Assembly: GCA_966191635.1 (NCBI GenBank)
Contig: CBIGPO010000005.1
Coordinates: forward strand, 54,199-78,198
From: an uncultured Luteibacter sp.
GTDB lineage: Bacteria > Pseudomonadota > Gammaproteobacteria > Xanthomonadales > Rhodanobacteraceae
Reading direction: 5' to 3'
DNA: 24,000 bases
Of the stretch, positions 1-7,877 are shown in pieces (the stretch's first letter is position 1; every line of letters starts with the position of its first letter). The translations under genes and the position numbers were made by a program. The notes below the pieces were generated by a model. That model was not told the origin of the DNA. It saw only the letters and a program-made list of their open reading frames with translations, and ran no database searches.

Positions 1-1
1 G

Positions 2-835
2 GGTTTCCTTACCAGCACCGCCTGGGATCCGACCAACAACCAGTACGGCGCGCTCGTACCGGTCATGGGTACCGTGATCACCTCGCTCATCGCCCTTGTC
101 TTCGCCGTGCCGGTCAGCTTCGGCATCGCCCTCTTCCTTACCGAAATCGCGCCCGGTTGGTTGCGCGGTCCGGTCAGCTCCGCCATCGAACTGCTCGCCG
201 GCATCCCGTCGATCATCTACGGCATGTGGGGCCTCTTCATCTTCGCCCCGTTCGTCGCCGAGCACATCAAACCGTGGCTGATGAACAACTTCAGCGCGGA
301 CCCGCCGGACGGCCAGGTGTCGTGGCTCGTGCAGCACGTACCGTTCATCGCCAAGTTCTTCTCCAGTGAGTACCCGTTCTTCGGTGCCGGCATCTTCACC
401 GCAGGCCTGGTGCTCGCGGTGATGATCATCCCGTTCATCTCCTCGGTGATGCGCGAGGTCTTCCAGACCGTCCCCACCCGCCTGAAGGAGTCCGCGTATG
501 CGCTGGGTTCCAGCACGTGGGAAGTGGTCTGGGATATCGTCGTGCCCTATACCCGCACGGCGGTGATCGGCGGCATCTTCCTCGGTCTGGGCCGCGCCCT
601 CGGCGAGACCATGGCCGTGGCCTTCGTGATCGGTAATACGTTCAAGTTCACGCCTTCGATCCTCGAAACCGGCAGCACGATCGCGTCGACCATCGCCAAC
701 CAGTTCGGCGAAGCCGAAGGCCTGCAGAAGTCGGCGCTCATGGCGATCGCGTTCCTGCTCTTCGTGGTGACCTTCATCGTGCTGCTGATCGCCCGCCTCA
801 TGCTCCGCCGCCTGGCTTCGAAGGAGGGCACCTGA
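2..835 (+). CDS. pstC: Phosphate ABC transporter permease PstC (5' end cut by window edge)
   Basis: The frame is open from nt 2 (GFLTSTAWDPTNNQYGALVPV...) into listed ORF 65..835. It is a multi-TM permease with an EAA-type loop (GLGRALGETMAVAFVIGN). TGATG overlap with the next permease. Gene order is pstC-pstA-pstB-phoU. Confidence 0.9.
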   Translation, partial: GFLTSTAWDPTNNQYGALVPVMGTVITSLIALVFAVPVSFGIALFLTEIAPGWLRGPVSSAIELLAGIPSIIYGMWGLFIFAPFVAEHIKPWLMNNFSADPPDGQVSWLVQHVPFIAKFFSSEYPFFGAGIFTAGLVLAVMIIPFISSVMREVFQTVPTRLKESAYALGSSTWEVVWDIVVPYTRTAVIGGIFLGLGRALGETMAVAFVIGNTFKFTPSILETGSTIASTIANQFGEAEGLQKSALMAIAFLLFVVTFIVLLIARLMLRRLASKEGT

Positions 836-1704
836 TGTCCGCTTCGCTGTATACCAAGCGCCGCATCAAGAACGTCATCGCGATGATCTGCAGCGTGCTC
901 GCCACCGGCATCGGCCTGCTCTTCCTGGCCTGGATCCTGTGGGAGACGCTCAGCCAGGGCATTGCCGGCCTCAAGCCCGCGTTGTTCACCAAGATCACCG
1001 CTTACCGCGAAGAAGGTGGCCTGGCCAACGCCATGGTCGGCAGCCTGATCCTCAACATCATCGGCATCCTCATCGCCACGCCGATCGGCGTGGCGGCGGG
1101 TACCTGGCTGGCGGAGTATTCGCGCCGCTCGCGGCTCGGACCCACCATCCGCTTCCTCAACGACATCCTGCTGTCGGCACCGTCGATCGTGCTGGGTCTG
1201 TTCGTCTATACGATCATCGTGCTGCCCTCGCAGTGGCTGACGAACGGCGACATCACGTTCTCCGGCATCGCCGGCGGTATCGCGCTGGCCCTGATCGCCC
1301 TGCCCGTCATCGTCCGCACCACCGACGAAATGCTGCGTCTGGTGCCCGGCACGTTGCGCGAGGCTGCGCTGTCGCTCGGCGTACCGCAGTGGAAGCTCAC
1401 GGTGCAGATCCTGATCCGCGCCGCTCGCTCGGGTATCGTCACCGGTGTATTGCTGGCCCTCGCGCGCATCAGTGGCGAGACCGCGCCGCTGCTGCTCACC
1501 GCGTTCGGCAACAACTTCATGACCTTCAATCCGCTCAACAAGATGCCGAGCCTGCCCCAGGTCATTTACGACTACACGAAGGACCCGAGCCCGGATATCA
1601 ACACCCTCGCCTGGGCTGGTGCATTCGTCCTGACCATGTTCGTGCTGGCGCTCAGCCTCGTCGCCCGCTTCGTATTCTCGCGTTCCAAGGTGTCCCATGA
1701 CTAA
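835..1704 (+). CDS. pstA: Phosphate ABC transporter permease PstA
   Basis: 289-aa multi-TM ORF with an EAA-type loop ([19 protein letters not shown]). It sits between pstC and pstB and overlaps both neighbours. Confidence 0.95.
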   Translation: MSASLYTKRRIKNVIAMICSVLATGIGLLFLAWILWETLSQGIAGLKPALFTKITAYREEGGLANAMVGSLILNIIGILIATPIGVAAGTWLAEYSRRSRLGPTIRFLNDILLSAPSIVLGLFVYTIIVLPSQWLTNGDITFSGIAGGIALALIALPVIVRTTDEMLRLVPGTLREAALSLGVPQWKLTVQILIRAARSGIVTGVLLALARISGETAPLLLTAFGNNFMTFNPLNKMPSLPQVIYDYTKDPSPDINTLAWAGAFVLTMFVLALSLVARFVFSRSKVSHD

Positions 1705-2530
1705 CATGAACGAAGTCGCCTCCAAACCGGGTTTCGGCAGCTCGCCACATGGGTCTGAGGTCGATCTCGGCCAGGTCCCGGCGAAGATGACCGTGCGCGA
1801 CCTCAACTTCTATTACGGTGAGTTCCACGCGCTCAAGAGCATCGCGATGGATGTGCCGGAGAAGAAGGTCACCGCCATCATCGGACCGTCCGGCTGCGGC
1901 AAGTCCACCCTGCTGCGCATCTTCAACCGCATCTACGCGATCTATCCGAACCTGCGCGCCAGCGGCGAGATCGTGCTCGATGGCGAGAACATCCTCGACC
2001 CGAAGTACTCGCTCAATCGCCTGCGCAGCAAGGTCGGCATGGTGTTCCAGAAGCCCGTCCCGTTCCCGATGACCATCTTTGAGAACGTGGCCTACGGCAT
2101 CCGCCATCACGAAAGTCTTAACCGCACGGACATGGAAGGCCGCGTCGAACAGGCCCTGCGCGGCGCCGCCCTGTGGGATGAAGTGAAGGACAAGCTCAAG
2201 CAAAGCGCGCTCGGCCTCTCCGGCGGCCAGCAGCAGCGTCTGTGCATAGCGCGCGGTATCGCGCTGAAGCCGGAAGTGCTGCTGCTCGACGAGCCGACCT
2301 CGGCACTCGACCCGATCGCCACGAGCCGCATCGAGCAGCTGGTGGAAGAGCTCAAGAGCCAGTTCACCATTGTCATCGTCACCCACAACATGCAGCAGGC
2401 CGCACGCTGCTCGGACATGACCGCCTTCATGTATATGGGTGAGCTGATCGAGTTCGACCGGACCGAGAAGATCTTCACCAAGCCGGAAAAGAAGCAGACC
2501 GAAGACTACATCACCGGCCGTTTCGGCTAA
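1697..2530 (+). CDS. pstB: Phosphate ABC transporter ATP-binding protein PstB
   Basis: Walker [13 protein letters not shown] signature LSGGQQQR, Walker [12 protein letters not shown]. The C-terminal [10 protein letters not shown] is typical of PstB. An alternative start at ATG 1706 is possible. Confidence 0.97.
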   Translation: MTNMNEVASKPGFGSSPHGSEVDLGQVPAKMTVRDLNFYYGEFHALKSIAMDVPEKKVTAIIGPSGCGKSTLLRIFNRIYAIYPNLRASGEIVLDGENILDPKYSLNRLRSKVGMVFQKPVPFPMTIFENVAYGIRHHESLNRTDMEGRVEQALRGAALWDEVKDKLKQSALGLSGGQQQRLCIARGIALKPEVLLLDEPTSALDPIATSRIEQLVEELKSQFTIVIVTHNMQQAARCSDMTAFMYMGELIEFDRTEKIFTKPEKKQTEDYITGRFG

Positions 2531-2551
2531 GCCCCCTATTCGAGGCATGCG

Positions 2552-3259
2552 ATGAACACTCCGCACCAGCACATCATCAAGAGCTACGACGACGAACTGA
2601 AGCGCCTCACCGGCGAAATCGTCAAGATGGGCGAGCTCGCCGTCGCCCAGCTCGAAGCCGCCATCGACGTGGTCCAGCGTCGTGACGAGCGCGCCGCTCA
2701 GCGCGTCGTCGACAACGACGAAGCGATAGACGCGCTCGAGCAGGAAATCAGCCAGGACGTCGTTCGCCTGCTCGCCCTGCGCGCGCCGATCGCCGGCGAT
2801 CTGCGTAGCGTGTTCGCTGCGCTGCGTATTGCAGCCGACATCGAGCGCATCGGTGACTATGCCGCCAACGTGGCGAAGCGTTCCATTCCGCTCAGCCGCG
2901 TGGCGCCGATTGCTGTCGTCGGCGGCCTGGCAAATCTCGCCGAGCTCGCTATTGAGGAGCTGCGTGACGTTCTCAAGGCTTACCATGATCAGGATGCCGA
3001 GGCCGCCTACGAAGTGTGGAAAGCGGATGCGCGCCTGGACGAGGAGTACACCCTGGTATTCCGCGCCCTGCTCACCTACATGATGGAAGATCCGCGCAAC
3101 ATCACGCCGTGCACCCACCTGTTGTTCATGGCGAAGAACATCGAGCGCATTGGTGACCATGCAACGAACATCGCGGAAAACGTGTGGTTCGTCGTGAATG
3201 GCGAGCCGTTGGTGGCGCCGCGGATCAAGAAGGATACGACGGCCAATCCGGAGTTTTGA
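2552..3259 (+). CDS. phoU: Phosphate signalling complex protein PhoU
   Basis: 235 aa with two internal repeats, each carrying the E(R)IGD metal-site motif (DIERIGDYAANV, NIERIGDHATNI). It lies directly downstream of pstB. Confidence 0.95.
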   Translation: MNTPHQHIIKSYDDELKRLTGEIVKMGELAVAQLEAAIDVVQRRDERAAQRVVDNDEAIDALEQEISQDVVRLLALRAPIAGDLRSVFAALRIAADIERIGDYAANVAKRSIPLSRVAPIAVVGGLANLAELAIEELRDVLKAYHDQDAEAAYEVWKADARLDEEYTLVFRALLTYMMEDPRNITPCTHLLFMAKNIERIGDHATNIAENVWFVVNGEPLVAPRIKKDTTANPEF

Positions 3260-3297
3260 TTGGGTGTCATTGGGCGTAAGTAATTTAAGGCTGCCGT

Positions 3298-3366
3298 GAG
3301 CACCCATCGCCGCTGAAGCGGCTCCCACATTTCTGCTCTATGTGGGAGCCGCTTCAGCGGCGATGC
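3298..3366. repeat. Inverted pair of REP-like elements (25-bp arms 3305-3329 and 3341-3365, 11-bp spacer)
   Basis: catcgccgctgaagcggctcccaca / tgtgggagccgcttcagcggcgatg are perfect reverse complements. Each arm has its own GCCGC-ttca-GCGGC hairpin. The same unit recurs at 23371-23395. The pair lies between convergent phoU and sugE. Confidence 0.85.
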
Positions 3367-3377
3367 TTTTGTCAGGG

Positions 3378-3692
3378 TCAGGCAGTCAGCTTCAACCCCA
3401 AAATCCCGACCACAATCAACGCCACGCAAAGCAGCCGCAACGGCTGCGCAGACTCGCCGAACAGGATGATGCCGAGCGTGACGGCACCGACTGCGCCGAT
3501 GCCGGTCCATACCGCGTAAGCGGTGCCCAGAGGCAACTTTTTCGTCGCATACGCCAGCAGCACGATGCTGATCACCATGGCGGTGCCCGTCAGTACGCTG
3601 GGCAGGAGCTTCGTAAAGCCCTCGGTGTATTTCAGGCCAACGGCCCAGGCGATCTCGAAGAGACCCGCCAGAACAAGCACGAACCAGTACAT
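3378..3692 (-). CDS. sugE: SMR-family guanidinium exporter (Gdx/SugE type)
   Basis: 104 aa starting at internal Met [26 protein letters not shown]...[14 protein letters not shown]. It is near-collinear with my recollection of E. coli SugE and has four TM segments. The 17-codon N-terminal extension of listed ORF 3378..3743 reads through the riboswitch and is rejected. SD GGAG lies 7 nt upstream of ATG 3692. Confidence 0.93.
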   Translation of the reverse strand: MYWFVLVLAGLFEIAWAVGLKYTEGFTKLLPSVLTGTAMVISIVLLAYATKKLPLGTAYAVWTGIGAVGAVTLGIILFGESAQPLRLLCVALIVVGILGLKLTA

Positions 3693-3709
3693 GGTGTGGC
3701 TCCGCAGAA

Positions 3710-3755
3710 GCGGAGTCGTCCCCGCGGAGATACTGCGCGCCATGGGGTCGTCCCC
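3710..3755 (-). promoter_or_regulatory. Guanidine-II (mini-ykkC) riboswitch
   Basis: On the minus strand: GGGG-ACGA-CCCC (3755..3744, extendable to cgtGGGG/CCCCatg), an 18-nt linker, then GCGGGG-ACGA-CTCCGC (3725..3710). These are two GC hairpins capped by ACGR tetraloops, immediately 5' of a Gdx-type gene. The 3' arm CTCCGC is complementary to GCGGAG (3705..3700), which contains the SD. Confidence 0.85.
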
Positions 3756-3788
3756 ACGGGCAGACCGGCCTTGCGCCGATCTGCCCCC

Positions 3789-3794
3789 ATTATA
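3789..3794 (-). promoter_or_regulatory. Possible -10 box (TATAAT) for sugE leader
   Basis: There is a perfect TATAAT on the minus strand about 35 nt upstream of riboswitch hairpin 1. No convincing -35 was found. GC-rich hairpins flank it (3758-3786 and about 3795-3815), so read-through from the upstream operon is an alternative. Confidence 0.3.
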
Positions 3795-3841
3795 CCGAGG
3801 GTGTGTAACCCCCGGCTGACCCGTTGCTGCTCAGAGGCACT

Positions 3842-4126
3842 TCAGGGCAGGCTGTCCGGGGTGATCAACGCCGCCTTCCGCGCCCGCACGCCACGGACAA
3901 TGCCGTAGACGCTGATCAGGAACCAGGCCATTTCCTGCAGGAAGGCCGACAGGTTGAACATGCCAAAGATCAGCGAAAGCAGGATGCCGAAGGCGCCGAC
4001 CAGGTTCATCACCTGGTACGTATAGCCCTGCCCCGACAGCTTATGCGCCTGGAGCAGGAAGAACGCGATCAACACCAGCGCCACGCCGACCAGACCGGCC
4101 CAGTCATGCCACAACATGCTGCTCAT
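3842..4126 (-). CDS. Small membrane protein (3 predicted TM helices), function unknown
   Basis: 94-aa hydrophobic ORF (WAGLVGVALVLIAFFLL..., VMNLVGAFGILLSLIF, AWFLISVYGIV). Its ATG overlaps the rlmB stop (ATGA at 4123-4126), suggesting translational coupling. Confidence 0.6.
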   Translation of the reverse strand: MSSMLWHDWAGLVGVALVLIAFFLLQAHKLSGQGYTYQVMNLVGAFGILLSLIFGMFNLSAFLQEMAWFLISVYGIVRGVRARKAALITPDSLP

Positions 4127-4869
4127 CGCTTTGCTCCCCGCTGCCTCAGTGCCTCGAACAGAACGACGCCCGTGGCGACGGAGACATTCAGGCTCTCCAT
4201 ACTGCCAGGCATCGGGATCTTCGCCACGAAGTCGCAGGTGTCGCGCGTAAGGCGGCGCATGCCGTCACCTTCGCTACCCATGACCAGGGCAATCGGCCCC
4301 TTCAGGTCGATGTCGTAAATCGACTTGTCGGTGTCGCCGTCCAGACCGGTGATCCACACGCCGGCATCCTTGAGCATGCGCAGCGCGCGCGCCAAGTTGG
4401 TCACGGCGATCAGCGGGATCAGGTCCGCACCGCCGGCGGACGCGCGACGAACGGTCGGCGTGATGCCGACCGCGCGATCCTTCGGCACCACGACCGCGGT
4501 GACGTTGGCCGCCGCCGCACTGCGCAGGCACGCACCGAGATTGTGCGGATCGGTCACGCCATCGAGCACCAGCACGAAAGCATTCGCACCGGCCGCATCG
4601 AGAAGCGGCGGAAGGTGTGTCTCGTCGCGCAGGGGCGGTGTTTGGTAGAGAGCGATAACGCCCTGGTGACGTGCTTCGCCACCGAGCTTCTCCAGTTGCT
4701 CCTTGCTCACCGTCTTCGTGATCAGGCCAAGCTTGCGCGCCAACGCGGCGATCTCGGTCACACGCGCATTCTTCGAGTTCTGTTCGACCAGAACTTCACG
4801 GACACGATCCGGGTCGTTGGCGAGGGCGCCTTCGACCGGATTGATTCCAACAATCCATGACTCACTCAT
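4123..4869 (-). CDS. rlmB: 23S rRNA (guanosine-2'-O)-methyltransferase RlmB (SpoU/TrmH family)
   Basis: 248 aa with an N-terminal substrate-binding domain and SpoU motifs (LVLDGVTDPHNLGACLRSA, ALVMGSEGDGMRRLT, IPMPGSMESLNVSVATGVVLFE). Conserved rnr-rlmB pairing, with an ATGA overlap to the rnr stop. Confidence 0.93.
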   Translation of the reverse strand: MSESWIVGINPVEGALANDPDRVREVLVEQNSKNARVTEIAALARKLGLITKTVSKEQLEKLGGEARHQGVIALYQTPPLRDETHLPPLLDAAGANAFVLVLDGVTDPHNLGACLRSAAAANVTAVVVPKDRAVGITPTVRRASAGGADLIPLIAVTNLARALRMLKDAGVWITGLDGDTDKSIYDIDLKGPIALVMGSEGDGMRRLTRDTCDFVAKIPMPGSMESLNVSVATGVVLFEALRQRGAKR

Positions 4870-7592
4870 GCTTCTGGCTTGCTCCTGGGTTTACGCGACC
4901 GACGCCGGGCTGACTTCTTGGCCGGTGCCGGTGTTTCCGAAGCGGCGACCGGTGCTTGCCGGGGCGGCTGCTTCGTCACGGCGGTCTTCTTCACCGCGGT
5001 CTTCTTGGTGGCTGCCTTTCTTGGCGACTGCTCGTTACGTGACGACTGCTCGTTACGCGGCGACTGCCCGCTGCGTGACGACTGCCCGGAAGCAGGTGCC
5101 TGCGAATTGCGGCGCGGTGGCCTCGACGACTGCTGTTCATTCGCCGCTGGCTCCGCCGCACGGCGGCGCGAGGTCGGCGCGGGGGCCGGATGATGCGCCT
5201 CAGGCGCTTCGACCGCAACCGGTGCCTTGGTCTTCTTACCGAAGATGCTGCTCATGGCTTTCTTGGCGGCGCGTCCAATGGCCTTGCCGGCCTTGGCCAT
5301 GCCTGAACTCGGCGCGACCGGTGCCGCCACCTCGGCCTTCGGTGCCGGCTTCGGCAACTGGGCCAGACGCGCGACCAGACGGAAGTCGATCTTGCGGTCT
5401 TCCATGCTGGCGCGAAGCACCTGCACGCTTACATAGTCGCCAAGGCGATACGTTGAACCCGTGCGCTCTCCGCTGAGCAAATGGCGGATCGGATCGAACT
5501 TGTAGTAGTCGTTGGGCAGCTGTGAAACGTGCACCAGACCCGAGACGCGTGACGCCGCCAGTTCGACGAACAGGCCGAACGAGGTGACACCGGTGATGGT
5601 GCCGGCAAATTCCGAACCGACGTGTTTCTCCATCCAGGCGCACTTGAAGCGCTCGTCCACATCGCGCTCGGCCTCCTCGGCACGACGCTCACGCTGCGAG
5701 CAATGCACGGCCATGGCCGCCATCTGCGTTTCGCTGTAGACGTAATCGGCCGGCTTGCCCTTGGTCAGCGCATAACGGATGGCGCGATGCACGAGCAGGT
5801 CGGGATAGCGACGGATCGGCGAGGTGAAGTGTGCGTATGCGTCCAGCGCCAGGCCGAAGTGGCCCTGGTTCTCCGCGTGATAGATCGCCATGCTCTGCGA
5901 ACGCAGCAGCACCGACTGGATGAGCTCGGCCTCGGGGCGATCGTGCACACGCTTGAGCAGCGCCGAGAAATCCGCAGGTGTGACTTCGTCCGCCGGCGGC
6001 ATCTTCAGCTTGAACTCCTTGAGGAAGCGCAGGAGATCTTCGTACTTCTCGGCCGGCGGTGGTGCATGCACGCGATACAGCGCGGGGACCTTGCGCTTAG
6101 TGAGGTAGCGGGCCGCCTGCACGTTCGCGGCGATCATGCATTCCTCGATCATCTTGTGCGCATCGTTGCGATCGGACGCACCCATCGATTCAACGTCGCC
6201 CGCCGGACCGATGCGGAACTTCACTTCCGGCGTTTCGAAATCGATCGCGCCACGACGCTTACGCGCCTTGGCCATCACCTTGTACAGGCGATGCAGCGAT
6301 TCGATGTGCGGGAGCACGTCGGAGATTTCCTGGCGCACATCGGCATTGCGCTCACCGACCGCCTGCCACACCTTGTTATAGGTAAGGCGTGCGTGCGAGA
6401 ACATCACCGCGTCGTAGAACTTGGAACGCGTGACGTCGCCTTCCTCGTCGATCTCCATGTCGCAGACCATGCACAGGCGTTCCACCTTGGGCATGAGCGA
6501 GCAGATGCCGTTCGACAGCGTCTCCGGCAGCATGGGCACGACGAAGCCAGGGAAGTACGTGGACGTGCTGCGGTTATAGCCTTCCACGTCCAGTGGCGTA
6601 CCCACGGGCACGTAGTGCGAGACGTCAGCGATAGCCACGACGAGACGGAAACCGCCATCCTTCAGCGGCTCGGCATACACGGCATCGTCGAAGTCACGCG
6701 CGTCGTCACCGTCGATGGTGACCAGCGGCAGCTTGCGAAGGTCCGTACGGCCCTTGCGCTCTTCCGAAGTGACCTTCGGCTCGACTTCCTCGGCCTGGCG
6801 GACTACCTGGGACGGGAATTCGTGCGGCAGATCGTGGCTGGCGATCGCCATTTCGACGACCAGCGACGGCTGCAGGCGCTGACCGAGGACGGCGCGGATC
6901 GTGCCCATCGGGCCGCGGTGCGGCGTCGGTGGATCGGTGATCTCAACGACGACGATCTCGCCGGAGTTTGCGCCGGCTTCGCGGCCCGCGGGAATCATGA
7001 TGTTCTGGTGCAGGCGGCGATCGTCCGGCTCGACCAGGGTCACACCGTTTTCGATGACCACGCGGCCAACCAGACGCGGCGAGCGGCGCTCGAGCACTTC
7101 GACGATCGCACCCTGGCGACGGCCACGGCGGTCGATGCCGACCACGCTGGCGAGCACGCGGTCGCCGTGCAGCACGCTACGCATCTGCGCCGGCGACAGG
7201 TAGAGGTCTTCTTCCCCACTCTCGTCGGGACGGAGGAAGCCGTAGCCCTCGGCGTTGGCGATGACACGGCCCGGAATCAGGCTGAGCTTCTGCGCCGGGG
7301 CGTAGTCGCCCTTGCGGTTCCGCAGGAGCTGGCCGTCGCGGACCATCGCACCCAGGCGCTTGCCCAGGGCATTGATCTCGTAGTCGGTGAACAGGCGCAG
7401 CGCGTGGGCGATGCTCTCTTCCGATAGCAACTCGCCACGGTCGTCGAGCAGCGCCAGGATGGCCTCGCGGCTGGGGATCGGCTGGTCGTAGAGCGCAGCT
7501 TCCCGGTCGGCATGGGGATCGACGACGGGGCGGCTGGCCTTGGGTTTACGGGGACCGCGATCGGCTCCCGAACCTGAGTTTTTCTTCGTCAC
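4866..7592 (-). CDS. rnr: Ribonuclease R
   Basis: 908 aa with a GTG start. RNB catalytic region (HFGLALDAYAHFTSPIRRYPDLLVHR), S1 domain (FAGTITGVTSFGLFVEL) and a long basic low-complexity C-terminal tail. Confidence 0.96.
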   Translation of the reverse strand: MTKKNSGSGADRGPRKPKASRPVVDPHADREAALYDQPIPSREAILALLDDRGELLSEESIAHALRLFTDYEINALGKRLGAMVRDGQLLRNRKGDYAPAQKLSLIPGRVIANAEGYGFLRPDESGEEDLYLSPAQMRSVLHGDRVLASVVGIDRRGRRQGAIVEVLERRSPRLVGRVVIENGVTLVEPDDRRLHQNIMIPAGREAGANSGEIVVVEITDPPTPHRGPMGTIRAVLGQRLQPSLVVEMAIASHDLPHEFPSQVVRQAEEVEPKVTSEERKGRTDLRKLPLVTIDGDDARDFDDAVYAEPLKDGGFRLVVAIADVSHYVPVGTPLDVEGYNRSTSTYFPGFVVPMLPETLSNGICSLMPKVERLCMVCDMEIDEEGDVTRSKFYDAVMFSHARLTYNKVWQAVGERNADVRQEISDVLPHIESLHRLYKVMAKARKRRGAIDFETPEVKFRIGPAGDVESMGASDRNDAHKMIEECMIAANVQAARYLTKRKVPALYRVHAPPPAEKYEDLLRFLKEFKLKMPPADEVTPADFSALLKRVHDRPEAELIQSVLLRSQSMAIYHAENQGHFGLALDAYAHFTSPIRRYPDLLVHRAIRYALTKGKPADYVYSETQMAAMAVHCSQRERRAEEAERDVDERFKCAWMEKHVGSEFAGTITGVTSFGLFVELAASRVSGLVHVSQLPNDYYKFDPIRHLLSGERTGSTYRLGDYVSVQVLRASMEDRKIDFRLVARLAQLPKPAPKAEVAAPVAPSSGMAKAGKAIGRAAKKAMSSIFGKKTKAPVAVEAPEAHHPAPAPTSRRRAAEPAANEQQSSRPPRRNSQAPASGQSSRSGQSPRNEQSSRNEQSPRKAATKKTAVKKTAVTKQPPRQAPVAASETPAPAKKSARRRSRKPRSKPEA
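4977..5096. repeat. In-frame tandem repeats inside the rnr 3' end (2 x 15 bp, 4 x 18 bp)
   Basis: cacggcggtcttctt/caccgcggtcttctt (4977-5006) encodes KKTAV x2. cgactgctcgttacgtga / cgactgctcgttacgcgg / cgactgcccgctgcgtga / cgactgcccggaagcagg (5025-5096) encodes hexapeptides of the type [SN][GE]QS[SP]R. Confidence 0.9.
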
Positions 7593-7610
7593 GTAAGGAC
7601 CTTTGAAGGT

Positions 7611-7633
7611 GGATGTGAAATAGTTTCACATCC
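7611..7633. promoter_or_regulatory. Perfect 10-bp inverted repeat in the rnr leader / tRNA-Leu upstream region
   Basis: GGATGTGAAA-tag-TTTCACATCC. It lies 19 nt upstream of the rnr GTG (minus strand) and 15 nt upstream of the tRNA -35 box (plus strand). Function unknown (RNA hairpin or dimeric protein site). Confidence 0.5.
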
Positions 7634-7647
7634 TGTGTGCAAAATCG

Positions 7648-7676
7648 TTGACAAGTTTCCCGGACCTACCTAATCT
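7648..7676 (+). promoter_or_regulatory. Sigma70-type promoter for tRNA-Leu
   Basis: TTGACA (7648-7653), a 17-nt spacer, then TAATCT (7671-7676). An A-rich stretch (gcaaaatcg) lies upstream. The tRNA starts about 37 nt downstream of the -10. Confidence 0.6.
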
Positions 7677-7712
7677 ACGCGGCTCACGGGGCAGCGATGC
7701 TTCGGGGCACCT

Positions 7713-7797
<85 letters not shown>

Positions 7798-7808
7798 ATT
7801 ATAGACGA

Positions 7809-7839
7809 AGCCCCGCAGCGATGCGGGGCTTTGTTGTTT
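7809..7839 (+). terminator. Rho-independent terminator after tRNA-Leu
   Basis: 9-bp stem AGCCCCGCA/TGCGGGGCT with a GCGA tetraloop, followed by TTGTTGTTT. Confidence 0.8.
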
Positions 7840-7877
7840 CCGGGGTTCAGAAAGAGGCGCCTGGCCTGCGTTCGGCG

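Noticed and set aside
3693-3743. N-terminal 17-codon extension of the SugE ORF ([17 protein letters not shown]...).
   Set aside because: It is encoded by the riboswitch hairpins and linker. The SugE homology and a properly spaced GGAG SD begin at Met 3692.
3342-3908. 188-aa + ORF starting MGAASAAM. Related ORFs are 3076..3510 (-), 23223..23717 (-), 23292..23513 (+) and the end of 22757..23269 (+), all sharing WEP(L/I)(Q/H)RR or GAASAAM peptides.
   Set aside because: The shared peptides are just translations of the REP-like repeat units. These ORFs run antisense through sugE, its riboswitch or intergenic DNA and have non-protein-like composition.
5622-7427. 601-aa ORF on the + strand, antisense to rnr. 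The same situation applies to 547..1806 (-), 1652..3328 (-), 17744..18997 (+) and 20229..23057 (-).
   Set aside because: These are long shadow ORFs, typical of high-GC DNA, lying opposite strongly supported genes (rnr, pst/phoU, cytolysin, gcvP). Their products are Arg/His/Asp/Gly-rich low-complexity strings with no motifs, and they lack SD sequences.
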